Under the pieces are notes generated by a model. The model saw only the letters and a list, made by a program, of their open reading frames with translations, was not told the origin of the DNA and ran no database searches. Shown in pieces: positions 1 through 9,400 of a stretch of 40,790 nucleotides of DNA; positions within the stretch are counted from its first letter, which is position 1, and every line of letters starts with the position of its first letter. Position numbers and translations under genes: made by a program. The stretch is from a virus: the IMG/VR virus record IMGVR_UViG_2758568559_000001. One strand, given 5' to 3'.

Positions 1-127
1 AACGGGGGGCTTTTATCGGTAAACAGTTAGAATATGGGCCTAATGCTGCTAATCCACAAAAACGGGCAATCTATCATGCTATTGTTAAAAGTTTGCAATT
101 GGGAGAGTCTATCAGTTATATAGCAAG
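1..127. repeat. Terminal overlap: bases 1-127 are an exact copy of 40664-40790, so the window is a circular molecule of 40,663 bp opened inside a gene
   Basis: Direct comparison of both window ends. The recombinase reading frame continues seamlessly across the junction. Confidence 0.95.
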
Positions 128-185
128 AATGAATAATGTTTCTCGTAGTACTGTATACCGCATTAAGCGGCGGGCTTTAGGTTAA
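1..185 (+). CDS. C-terminal (HTH DNA-binding) part of the same serine recombinase; stop TAA at 183-185
   Basis: The frame is fixed by the overlap with 40664-40790. It translates to ...RGAFIGKQLEYGPNAANPQKRAIYHAIVKSLQLGESISYIARMNNVSRSTVYRIKRRALG*, a typical resolvase C-terminal helix-turn-helix. Confidence 0.85.
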   Translation, partial: RGAFIGKQLEYGPNAANPQKRAIYHAIVKSLQLGESISYIARMNNVSRSTVYRIKRRALG

Positions 186-233
186 TTTATATCTATTTCT
201 AATTTTGTAATATGTTTTTTAGAGTATTAGACA

Positions 234-262
234 CAAAAAAAGGATAAGCTGGCACTTATCCT
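234..262 (-). terminator. Possible intrinsic terminator (second, backup) for minus-strand late transcripts
   Basis: Stem AGGATAAG (241-248) pairs with CTTATCCT (255-262), with a 6-nt loop. An A-run at 234-240 gives a U-tract on the minus strand. Confidence 0.4.
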
Positions 263-361
263 TAGTATATTGTCATAATATAAAATATGCTAATACCATA
301 AATGATACACCTATATTTTAACATTATAATTTTTTATAGTAAATAAATTGCTCTGCTTAGG

Positions 362-400
362 CAAAATAAAAAAGGCCATGTACTCCATGTACATAGCCTT
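362..400 (-). terminator. Intrinsic terminator of the late operon (minus strand)
   Basis: 12-bp stem 372-383 / 389-400 with one mismatch and loop TCCAT. On the minus strand it is followed by TTTTTTATTTT. It is the first strong hairpin downstream of the endolysin stop. Confidence 0.6.
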
Positions 401-473
401 AAAATCAGTAAACTATAATTTAAATATAGCATAATGCTAATAAATAATCTAGTTGGTTTAATATTATATGTAT

Positions 474-497
474 AGCCCCTTTACGGGGGCTTTTTTT
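474..497 (+). terminator. Intrinsic terminator for plus-strand transcription entering from the recombinase side
   Basis: AGCCCC (474-479) pairs with GGGGCT (486-491), followed by a T7 run. It overlaps the endolysin stop codon in a convergent arrangement. Confidence 0.5.
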
Positions 498-1596
498 ATC
501 CTTGATATCCGGAAGCTTGTTGATACTTAATCGGGATAAACTCATCAGTTGAGACTTGATAACAGAAACCAACTTTAGGGATATCGGTTAATTTATTATT
601 ACTTTGCCATCTGCTGCCGCCTTTGAATCTTAAATTAGTGCCCTTTAACTGTTGGCCTTTAGAGTTATAAGCATTGACCCCATAATTAGCTGCATAGTTA
701 ATTACTACTAGTCCATTTAAAGTGGTGCAGTCTTGCCGCACATATTCATTATTGCCAATGCAGATCATAGCTGTATCATCTTTGTTTTTGGCAATACCTA
801 AGCCTTGCCACTTAGTCCCGTGGGCTAAAGGTGTGGTCATATAAGGATCACCTTTGCTATTTAACATGGCTGTGGGATTAGCATTCCAGGTTTGAATAGT
901 CACGGTGTTATTAATGGTGTTTACGACCTGTTGACCACCAGTGTAAAAGTTATTGTATAAGGTGCTGACGTCAAAATTACCGTAACTGCCTTGAAAGTGG
1001 GCGGTAGATTGATATTGCCAAGCGTTATTATTGCTGTACCAAGTTTTACCTGTGGGGTCATATGGATAACTGGCAATCCAGCCAGCGTTACTCATTTTAG
1101 AATTCACCCAAGAACCCATGGTATAAACATCAGGGCGATAGCCGTAAAGTTTAACTACTGCAGCGAAAGCTTGATTACAAGCGTCTAAAGTAGCACGGGA
1201 TAAATACTGCTGCTGGCTAGCCTCAACGTCGGCTACTAAGGCAGCCCCTACTGGCAGTCCATCAGCTTTGGCCAACTGGCAAGCATAATCAGCTTCATTT
1301 TTAGCCTGCTGCACCGTTTGATAACGGGCAAAGTGATAGCCGTTAATATAAAGCCCGGCGGCTTGTGCCGTTTGAATGTTATTCGCCGCCGTATAGTCGT
1401 GATAGTAAGTCCCTTCACTGATTTTGGTAGTAATGGACTTAACGCCGTAATTATTGCGCATATCAACAAAATTGGCTACTGTCATATAGCCATTATTGTT
1501 AGATACGTCCACCATATCCGGACTAGCGGCCTTGACTTGACCGCAAAAAAATAGCAGCCCTAAGGCTACTAAAAAAGTAATTCTTTTTCTCATCAA
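496..1596 (-). CDS. Endolysin: GH25 muramidase with N-terminal Sec-type signal peptide and C-terminal SH3b-like wall-binding repeats
   Basis: Signal-like N-terminus MMRKRITFLVALGLLFFCGQVKA|AS. GH25 motifs DVSNNNG, KISEGTYYHD and GLYINGYHFARY. Last gene of the late operon, directly after the holin. Confidence 0.85.
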   Translation of the reverse strand: MMRKRITFLVALGLLFFCGQVKAASPDMVDVSNNNGYMTVANFVDMRNNYGVKSITTKISEGTYYHDYTAANNIQTAQAAGLYINGYHFARYQTVQQAKNEADYACQLAKADGLPVGAALVADVEASQQQYLSRATLDACNQAFAAVVKLYGYRPDVYTMGSWVNSKMSNAGWIASYPYDPTGKTWYSNNNAWQYQSTAHFQGSYGNFDVSTLYNNFYTGGQQVVNTINNTVTIQTWNANPTAMLNSKGDPYMTTPLAHGTKWQGLGIAKNKDDTAMICIGNNEYVRQDCTTLNGLVVINYAANYGVNAYNSKGQQLKGTNLRFKGGSRWQSNNKLTDIPKVGFCYQVSTDEFIPIKYQQASGYQG

Positions 1597-1604
1597 ACAA
1601 CCTC

Positions 1605-1817
1605 CTACTTCTTGTTAGGATTATCCATATCTTGCGTTAAAATACCGAAAGCACTTAATAGTGAGACTACCGTTGTGGCAAGCCCAGTAACTAAACTACC
1701 CGTATCCGCCGGCACGGTAACACCTAGCGCCGTTAAAATACCCAAAATACCAGCAACAGTGGCGCTGACTAAAGTAATCCAAGCTTTAGCAGACTTATAA
1801 TTAAAGTTTAATTTCAT
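1605..1817 (-). CDS. Holin (small two-TM protein, phi LC3/Phage_holin_1-like)
   Basis: 70 aa with two hydrophobic helices (AWITLVSATVAGILGILTALGV and LVTGLATTVVSLLSAFGIL) and a charged C-terminus DMDNPNKK. Lies immediately upstream of the endolysin. Confidence 0.7.
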   Translation of the reverse strand: MKLNFNYKSAKAWITLVSATVAGILGILTALGVTVPADTGSLVTGLATTVVSLLSAFGILTQDMDNPNKK

Positions 1818-1834
1818 ATTTTATCCTCCTAAGA

Positions 1835-2113
1835 TTATTTCTTTTCTTCGATTTCTTTTTCAATAACAGTTATACGGGTTTGGTGATCATTTAAACGTTG
1901 TTCGTGGTTGTTTAATGACTCTGTAAAGTGTTCGTGTTCCTCTTTAGAATCCATTTTTAAATCTCTAATTTGAGAGGTTAGTTCTTTGATTGAATTTTGT
2001 AATGGATTAACTAATGCAACTCTAATAATCCAAGTGAATAAACCTGCACAAACTGTTGCAATAGTAATAAAGTTGCCCCATTCACCAATGGTAAATCCTA
2101 AAAATACATGCAA
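1835..2113 (-). CDS. Membrane-anchored coiled-coil protein of unknown function (lysis-cassette accessory?)
   Basis: 92 aa with an N-terminal TM helix (FITIATVCAGLFTWIIRVALV) followed by a charged heptad-like helix. Located between the receptor-binding protein and the holin. Confidence 0.45.
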   Translation of the reverse strand: MHVFLGFTIGEWGNFITIATVCAGLFTWIIRVALVNPLQNSIKELTSQIRDLKMDSKEEHEHFTESLNNHEQRLNDHQTRITVIEKEIEEKK

Positions 2114-2140
2114 ACGACCATCTCTCCCTTATTTAAATTC

Positions 2141-3256
2141 TTAGTCTGTATTTTCTGGTAAATAATATTGAACACATTCAATATTTGGATGAGGAGTTAC
2201 AAAAAAATTAGTTCCAGTTTGAGGAGGACTAATATAGTAAAATGGCATTGCCATAATTAATTCATTATTTTTTGTTAAGAAACGGTTCTTTCGAAAGTCT
2301 AGTTCAAATGAACTGACATATGAAATATTCTTATAAGTGCCATTATCTTGTTTAACTGATAAATTAGTTTCTTCCAATGGAGTAAAGCCAGTTAATGCTA
2401 TATCTGCTTTAATTTCAATCAGCTGATCCATATATCCATGTGTATAATTATAATGCTCATTCCATTCCAAATCTAAAGAGCCATCGTCCTTATACATTAT
2501 AGGATTTTCAGGTGCTATTTCTTTATCACCAATTATAACTTTATGTGGAAATAAATTATTTATTCTCATTTTTATGGTATTTGGTTTTATCAAAAATCTA
2601 TAGGCTAACATATTGCTATATTGTTGTATGTTATGGGGATCCTGATACCACTCCATTTGGATATCATTCTTATCAATTTTAAATGCATCATCATAATTTT
2701 TTTGGGTCATTTCAGATATATGATTATCAAAAATCGTAAACCTATAGCGTCCAGAATTTGGGTTATCTGGGTCAATCATTACATTTGAAAAACTAAAACT
2801 GCCTGCCCAGTTAGGATTGGACCTATCACCAGCAATTTTATTTTTGAAATTAGTAGTGTAGGAAAGTAAATCAGAATCTTTTATTTTTGGCCTTGCTAAT
2901 ATAATAAGGTCAATGTTTCCAGTGGATTCCACTATATCACTATCATTATGGTAAATAGAAAAGTAAGCTGCTTTTGTTTTTCCAGCTATCTGTGTATCTT
3001 TTGCAGTTAAAGAATAACTTATTTTCCCATTAGCAGGGTCTATAATTTGTGCTTTTTCTCCTATAACTGGCCAACCAGAAGCTGCTTGTATGCTAAACTC
3101 AACTTTACAGTTAGTTAAATCATATGGATTGTTTTCTTCGGTTAATATTTGGCTTTCAATAATGGTACCTACATCATCCTGTCTGACTACAATTGGTAAA
3201 TTTTCACCATTATATTTTCTTTCTAGATTTTGAATTATTTTAAATTTTTTTGGCAT
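2141..3256 (-). CDS. Receptor-binding / baseplate protein with BppU-N-like Ig domain
   Basis: The N-terminus LPIVVRQDDVGTIIESQILTEENNPYDLTNCKVEFSIQAASG...GKISYSLTAKDTQIAGKTKAAYFSIY resembles the BppU N-terminal domain of lactic-acid-bacterium siphophages. It is the last structural gene after Tal. Confidence 0.6.
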   Translation of the reverse strand: MPKKFKIIQNLERKYNGENLPIVVRQDDVGTIIESQILTEENNPYDLTNCKVEFSIQAASGWPVIGEKAQIIDPANGKISYSLTAKDTQIAGKTKAAYFSIYHNDSDIVESTGNIDLIILARPKIKDSDLLSYTTNFKNKIAGDRSNPNWAGSFSFSNVMIDPDNPNSGRYRFTIFDNHISEMTQKNYDDAFKIDKNDIQMEWYQDPHNIQQYSNMLAYRFLIKPNTIKMRINNLFPHKVIIGDKEIAPENPIMYKDDGSLDLEWNEHYNYTHGYMDQLIEIKADIALTGFTPLEETNLSVKQDNGTYKNISYVSSFELDFRKNRFLTKNNELIMAMPFYYISPPQTGTNFFVTPHPNIECVQYYLPENTD

Positions 3257-3431
3257 TTAAGTCACCTTCTTGGGGTTTGTCTGCTGGAAAATCTTCAGGG
3301 TGCTTCATTTTTTGGTCATTAATAACTTGCTGCTGTTGATCGCATAAATCTTGAATAATAGCTATATTTGCTAAGCTTTGCGCTAATTGTGCGCTTAAAT
3401 TTCCGATTACTTTTGGGTAGTTGGTTTCCAT
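3240..3431 (-). CDS. Small hypothetical protein between Tal and the receptor-binding protein
   Basis: 63-aa ORF, tightly packed, overlapping the next gene by 17 nt. No recognisable motif. Confidence 0.4.
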   Translation of the reverse strand: METNYPKVIGNLSAQLAQSLANIAIIQDLCDQQQQVINDQKMKHPEDFPADKPQEGDLNAKKI

Positions 3432-3440
3432 TTTCTTCTC

Positions 3441-5615
3441 CTAATCTCCTAAATCGTCCATTATTACATATTTTTTATTTAGGACCAATCCGTTATCGTA
3501 TGCACTGGCAATTAAGTAAGCATTATGATTACGGTGGTCTTCTAGATAAAAATTAGTAGCGTCTTCAATATAAACTCCTCTATTATCATAGCCGGTATTA
3601 CTACCACCTGCTGATAAGGCTCCGCCACCGCCTGATATTGTAATAAATGCATTAAAACGGCCTGAGCCCATACCTGTTCTTTCAGTTGCTCCTAAACTAA
3701 AAATATGGTCAGCGGCTGCCATAATTCCAATAGAATTACCTAGTACGTGACCATTTAAATTTTGTCCGATAAGTTGATTAATACTAGCAATTAAACTTCC
3801 TTTTTGGGCATTCGTACTTCCTCCGGAGCCACCAACATTATCATAATAATCAATTCCATATCCATTAATCATAGTAAAAGGATTGCTTTTATCATTACCT
3901 TGTCCAAAAACTAATGCTGAATTATTTGCTACCATAAATTGATTATTGCTAACTGATTCAAACTGTGCACCGACGATACGTCCGCCATCAATAGTTCCAC
4001 CTTTAATAGTCAAACCTTCAATTAAATTTGACCGGATAGAGTCTGCAATTACACGCCCATCATTAGTAATTCCCATTTTTACTGTGCCATCGGCACCATA
4101 CCAACCTAGTCCATTAGAATTAAAAATTAATTCGCCTTGTTGGCCATTAATTAATGACCTCGCAATAATATTGTAAATATTTCCTCTAGTGGGAAGCATA
4201 TCTTTTCCTGTGAAAATAATTTCGCCTAGTTGATCCTGCCCCTTTATATAATCGCCAATTTCCTTGCGGGTATCTTCGATATCTTTAGCAATTTCATCTT
4301 GTTTTTTCTGAATAATTTCATTAATTTTATTCTGTTGTTCGTTCCAATCGCTTTGGGCATCATTCCAATTTTCTTGGCCTTCATTCCACTTATCCTGTTC
4401 TTGTTTATTAGTATCAATTACATCATTAATTCCCGCGTTAATTTCATCTTGATTATCTTGATTACGCTTTGATTTTAACCAAGCTTCATAAGCACGCTGT
4501 CCGGCAGTTTTTACAACATAGTCGCCAAACTCAGCTACTGAATGGGTATTAGTTAATAAGTCAATTTTAAGCTTGAATATTCTTGTTTTATATTGAATCT
4601 TATATTTAGGCATAACAATTGTTACTGCATCACCTAAACTTGCATTACCTAAATTTATAATCTGCGTTGAGAATTGAATTTTGGGGCGTGAGATATCTAA
4701 TAAATCTAGATATGCTTGACGAATTAAGGCATCTGTTTCTTTAATACCATCGTAATCTTTAATTAATACCTTTGGGTGACCATTAGGCAGTCCAAAAATG
4801 GCTGTTCGCTCCGGGATTTCAATATAGTATTGCCCCTTTGGCTTATCGACTGGGTGGCCATCTGACTTTTTCCATTCGATATCTTTAATATTAATTTTTC
4901 GACTGTAGCCACCAGTAGCCTGGCCATTTTCATCAAACTTTTGGAGGCCATCTCCACGAGGAACGATTGCTGTATATAAATCAGTTGTGGCAGTTTCTTT
5001 AATAATCGATAAGGCGTTTGAACCATATGCAAAACGTTTCCCTGTGTCTCTACCCTGTTCAGTATAAAAATCTACATAACGATTTTTAATTTTATTGCCG
5101 CTTATTTCATAAGAGAAAGCAACATCAACATCGAATTGTTCTAGAACTTGTTTTAAAGCAGCTAAGCGGCTTTCAAAATAAAAGTTGATTGTTCCTACTG
5201 GGATCTGATCTTGTGGGATTGAACGAATTATCCATCTTGAACCCTCAAAAATTGGCTGAATAACCTTGCTAAAATCATTCATTTTAAACCTTCGGTCTTG
5301 AATAAATCCATCAGCATCTAATTCATAATGTGGTTCATCAATACCACTAAAGGTTATTTTATGGTCGTTGGAGAGTTTCCAACTATTTAGGGCAAAAACA
5401 TGATATTCTTGACTATCAATAATAGAAACAGCTACATACTGGGCTTTTTCAAAGTCCTTCATATAATCTTGGGCTAAGATAGTACCTTGAATTTGAAATG
5501 CAGCTCTTAATTCTTGGGTTTCATATAGTTCAATCATTTTTTGCGGAGGTATACGTTTAAAAACTTCTTCATTGTTATTTAAAAGTAACAAAGTTGCTTG
5601 TTTTATAATAAACAC
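3441..5615 (-). CDS. Tail-associated protein (Tal / prophage-tail family minor structural protein)
   Basis: 724 aa, directly after Dit. It has a central coiled coil (QDEINAGINDVIDTNKQEQDKWNEGQENWNDAQSDWNEQQNKINEIIQKKQDE) and a Gly-rich C-terminal region. Canonical TMP-Dit-Tal order. Confidence 0.7.
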   Translation of the reverse strand: MFIIKQATLLLLNNNEEVFKRIPPQKMIELYETQELRAAFQIQGTILAQDYMKDFEKAQYVAVSIIDSQEYHVFALNSWKLSNDHKITFSGIDEPHYELDADGFIQDRRFKMNDFSKVIQPIFEGSRWIIRSIPQDQIPVGTINFYFESRLAALKQVLEQFDVDVAFSYEISGNKIKNRYVDFYTEQGRDTGKRFAYGSNALSIIKETATTDLYTAIVPRGDGLQKFDENGQATGGYSRKINIKDIEWKKSDGHPVDKPKGQYYIEIPERTAIFGLPNGHPKVLIKDYDGIKETDALIRQAYLDLLDISRPKIQFSTQIINLGNASLGDAVTIVMPKYKIQYKTRIFKLKIDLLTNTHSVAEFGDYVVKTAGQRAYEAWLKSKRNQDNQDEINAGINDVIDTNKQEQDKWNEGQENWNDAQSDWNEQQNKINEIIQKKQDEIAKDIEDTRKEIGDYIKGQDQLGEIIFTGKDMLPTRGNIYNIIARSLINGQQGELIFNSNGLGWYGADGTVKMGITNDGRVIADSIRSNLIEGLTIKGGTIDGGRIVGAQFESVSNNQFMVANNSALVFGQGNDKSNPFTMINGYGIDYYDNVGGSGGSTNAQKGSLIASINQLIGQNLNGHVLGNSIGIMAAADHIFSLGATERTGMGSGRFNAFITISGGGGALSAGGSNTGYDNRGVYIEDATNFYLEDHRNHNAYLIASAYDNGLVLNKKYVIMDDLGD

Positions 5616-6409
5616 CTCCTATATTTAATAGTTGCTGTTGATCCATTAGTAATCTGAATTAAGTCACCATTTTTAATGGTTAGTTTTTCCAATTCACTAA
5701 ACATAGTAATGTCATTCAAAATTAAGCCACCATTAGCAGTTACAGAACCTTGTTGAGGCGTTAAAACAACATTATTATGGGCAATTGTTAATCCAAATGA
5801 TTGATTTTGGGTTTGATTGATAAATTTAAAATCAGCTCCAGTTAAATTAAAACTAATTGATTCAGGAACAACTGAATATATTAGGTAATGGTCTTTAATA
5901 TTCTCATTATTATTAACAGTTATAGTTTTAATGGAGCTTACTTTAAAGGGATTAGGACAATGTAAAGTAAAGCTTGACACTACCTCTAACTGTCCGCCTT
6001 CTACCTTGTCAATATCTGTTAAAATTCCCGAATAAAAATAATCAGGTTCATCTTTAAAATTAAAAGATAAATCCTGATTACTAAGAAAATACATTAATTT
6101 ATTATATTTAGCCTGTAAATCATGGGCATCATCAGATTGTAAAAAATATTTAACTTCAATATCTCTTGCCGGCAAGTTAGCACTTTCTAATAAAGTGCCA
6201 TCCATTCCCGGGGGTGTTTCTTCGCTTATTTTATAAGCTAGCATCTCTCGCCCTATTACCTGTAAAGTTTGATAACCCGGTATTAAGTCCTCTAGATATA
6301 CATATTGCTTTTTAGAATCCCAAAAGAACGACATAGCCTCTGAAGGTAGAGAATCCAAATCAAAATTATCATGCTTGGATAAATCATGAAAATCATAATT
6401 CAATTGCAT
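5603..6409 (-). CDS. Distal tail protein (Dit, Sipho_tail-like)
   Basis: 268 aa immediately downstream of the tape measure gene. Motifs ...RDIEVKYFL...FKDEPDYFYSG... are typical of siphophage Dit. Confidence 0.7.
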   Translation of the reverse strand: MQLNYDFHDLSKHDNFDLDSLPSEAMSFFWDSKKQYVYLEDLIPGYQTLQVIGREMLAYKISEETPPGMDGTLLESANLPARDIEVKYFLQSDDAHDLQAKYNKLMYFLSNQDLSFNFKDEPDYFYSGILTDIDKVEGGQLEVVSSFTLHCPNPFKVSSIKTITVNNNENIKDHYLIYSVVPESISFNLTGADFKFINQTQNQSFGLTIAHNNVVLTPQQGSVTANGGLILNDITMFSELEKLTIKNGDLIQITNGSTATIKYRRCLL

Positions 6410-6425
6410 TTCACCACCTCCTCAA

Positions 6426-9400
6426 CTAAAATCTTCCTAAATCTAAGCTAATATTTTGTTGCTTAGTAATATCATCAACATAAGCATTAAATGTGTTATC
6501 TCCCATTTGTAATTGGATATAAGCAGGCTGCTGTTGAATTTCTAATTGCCCACTTACTGCATGATTAATAGTTCCGCTTGCCAATTTAGCATTGATATTA
6601 TTTAAGTTGCTTGAGAGATTGTTATTAGCCGCTTCAGCGATACTTTTAGCCATGTTTGATACATTACCCTGAACATCTTTAAATGCACTTACAAGCCCAA
6701 AATTTAAGCCTTGCATAATAGCATTACCAGCAGGGATTAATAGCTTGCGGTCATACTGAATTGGTCCCTTATGTTTTCTAATCCAGTCGCCAATTCCGCC
6801 AATCCAATTTTTAACACCTTTAAAGGCAGCTTTTAAGCCATTTAAAAAGCTGTTAATAATTGCTTTACCAGCGGCCACTAAGTCAATGTGTCTTAAAGCA
6901 TCAAATGCTCTGCGTACTTGGTCTACTATCCAACTAGCAGCAGATTTTAAACCATTCCAAGCATTTTTAGCTCCATTAACCATTGTTTTAGCAACATTTA
7001 CTACAAAATTCTTAAGAGCATTAAAACCATTTGTCCAAATAGTTTTAATTCCATTAACAATATTACGTCCAGTAGCTTTTAAACCATTCCAAATATTGAT
7101 AATTAAACTTTTAGCACCATTCCATATATTTACTACAGTATTTTTTATACCAGTAGTAATTGTAGTAAAAATAGTTTTAATTCCGTTCCAAATTGAGCTT
7201 GCAGCACTTTTAATCGAATTCCAAATTAACCTTAGATCTGATTGTAAATGTTTAAAGTCTCCAGTTACAAGGTCAATTAAAATTAAAATTGGACCCATAA
7301 TAACTGACTTAATAGCTTCCCAAGCACCTTGGGCAATAGATTTAATACCATTCCAAAGGTTTGATAAAAAGCTTGCTAGTCCTTTAAAAATTGGCTGTGC
7401 GGCTGATATAATACCGTTCCATATTCCGGATAAGATTCCAGTAATACCATTCCATACTGAAGTAGCCGTAGATACAATACCATTCCAAAGGTCACTAAAA
7501 AAGCTTGCTAGACCATTAAAAACTGTTTGAGCTGTTGAAACTAAACCATTCCAAACTCCGGATAAAAATGTTGTGAATTGTTGCCAAATTTCCTGGCCAG
7601 TTTTTGTTTTAGCAAAAAAGAAGACTAATGCGGCTACTACTGCTGCAATAGCAGCTGTAATTAATACAAATGGATTAATTGCCAGTACACCGTTAAGAAT
7701 CTTTTGTGCAGCAGCTGCTAATTTACTTTCATTAGCCATATTTGATAAAGCAAATTTTAGTAAATTAATATCTCCAATTGTTCCCTTTATAACTTTTCCA
7801 ACTATTAATGCTTTTTTTAAAGTATTAATTAAGCTTATTGCAATGCTAATTCCTTTAAAGGCTGCAATAAAAGTTACAACTGATCCAATGGCTGGAGTTA
7901 TAACTCCTGACATACTAGAAATATTTTTAATAAAATTAGCTATCCCTTTTATAACTTCAGCTAAAACTTTAACTATATTTCCAATTGAAGTACCAATATT
8001 GGACCAAATATCGTTAGTTGAACTAGCACTATCACTAGCACCAATCAATTCACCAATTGACTTAATTACATTAACTATGACAGATTTAATAGCACCAAAA
8101 ATAGATTTTATAGCTTCCCAAACTGACTGTACTGCTCCCGTATTAACAAATGCTTGCACCATTTGACCCACGGCCATAATAACTTGCATTATAAAATTCA
8201 CTACTTGACCTATACCGCTGCTTGATTGAGATATGAAATTAGCAATAGCAGTGATTGCTTGTGCGATCCAGTTAACAACTGTGCCTATAGCATTGCCTAC
8301 AGTTTGCCAAACAGTTTGAGTACTTCCAGCATTATTAGAATTTATAACAAAATTACTGATTGCAAGTACTACATTGGATATGACAGATTGAACAGCCCCA
8401 ATGACAGCGCCAATAGCTTGCCAAATGCTTTGTAAAGCTCCTACCTGAATAAAACCTTGAACAATTTGTGTTAAAGCATTTACTACTGTCGTAATAGCAA
8501 ATGTAATTGTTGAAAATGCAGAAGTAAACATGCTAGCAAAAGATTGAACATTAATTGATTGTAAACTACCGCCTATTTGCTGTTGGATAGTTGCTCCAAT
8601 AATAGTTAAATCAGTTTTTAAAGTTCCTAAAATGGTTCTTAATGACTGAATAGCAGCGGGCATTGCTTGACTAAATCCTTGTTGAAAGGCAGAAACTACA
8701 TTATTAACTGCTCCTTGGAAAGGTTGGAAGTTTTGATATAAGCCAATTAAAGCGCCGGCCATCAATCCAATTGCAACAGTTGCTAAGCCCCAAGGGCTAA
8801 CTAACCATTTAGCTGCTGAAACCATTGTGCTTTGAATTTTATCAGCATTAGTCAAAAACGTACCAATAGCAATTGTTGCTGGACCTACTACAGGTGCTAA
8901 TCCAATAAAGCCACGTGCTAATTGTGAAATGGCATCATTGCTTGTTTGCATATGAGTAAACATATTGTCTAAGGCTGTTACTATACCACTAACCATTCCA
9001 TCAGTTGAAGCCATAGCGCTGTTTTGCAAGCCTATAAATGCATCTTTCATCTGGTCTATTCTGGAGCCTAAATTTTGTTGCATTTGATTAGTAGCATTAT
9101 CTAGATACGTGGAAGCAGCTTCAAATGAGCCCCCAGCTTTATCTAAGGCAGCAGATAAGGTATTCCAATCAACATTACCGCTTTTAGCCTCACCATTAAC
9201 TGATCTTAGTAAAGGTAACATGGCATTCATTCCAGCAGCGTCAAAAAGAGTTTTTAAGGCTGCCGACTTCTGAGCGTCTCCCATTCCATCAGTTGCTTGT
9301 GCAACTTCTCGTAGAATTTGCGGAAATGGTTTCATACGACCTTGAGCATCTGAATATGAAATCCCAAGTGCTTGCATTTCTTCACGTGCTTTATCACTTG

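Noticed and set aside
6886-8166. Long plus-strand ORFs (214 aa and 197 aa) inside the tape measure gene
   Set aside because: They are antisense to a clearly coding, repeat-rich gene. Their products are low-complexity and Leu/Ile/Phe/Pro-rich, and they have no SD. This is the typical shadow-ORF artefact. The same applies to the other plus-strand ORFs nested in minus-strand genes (for example 991-1188, 3946-4472, 9466-10198, 14042-14323).
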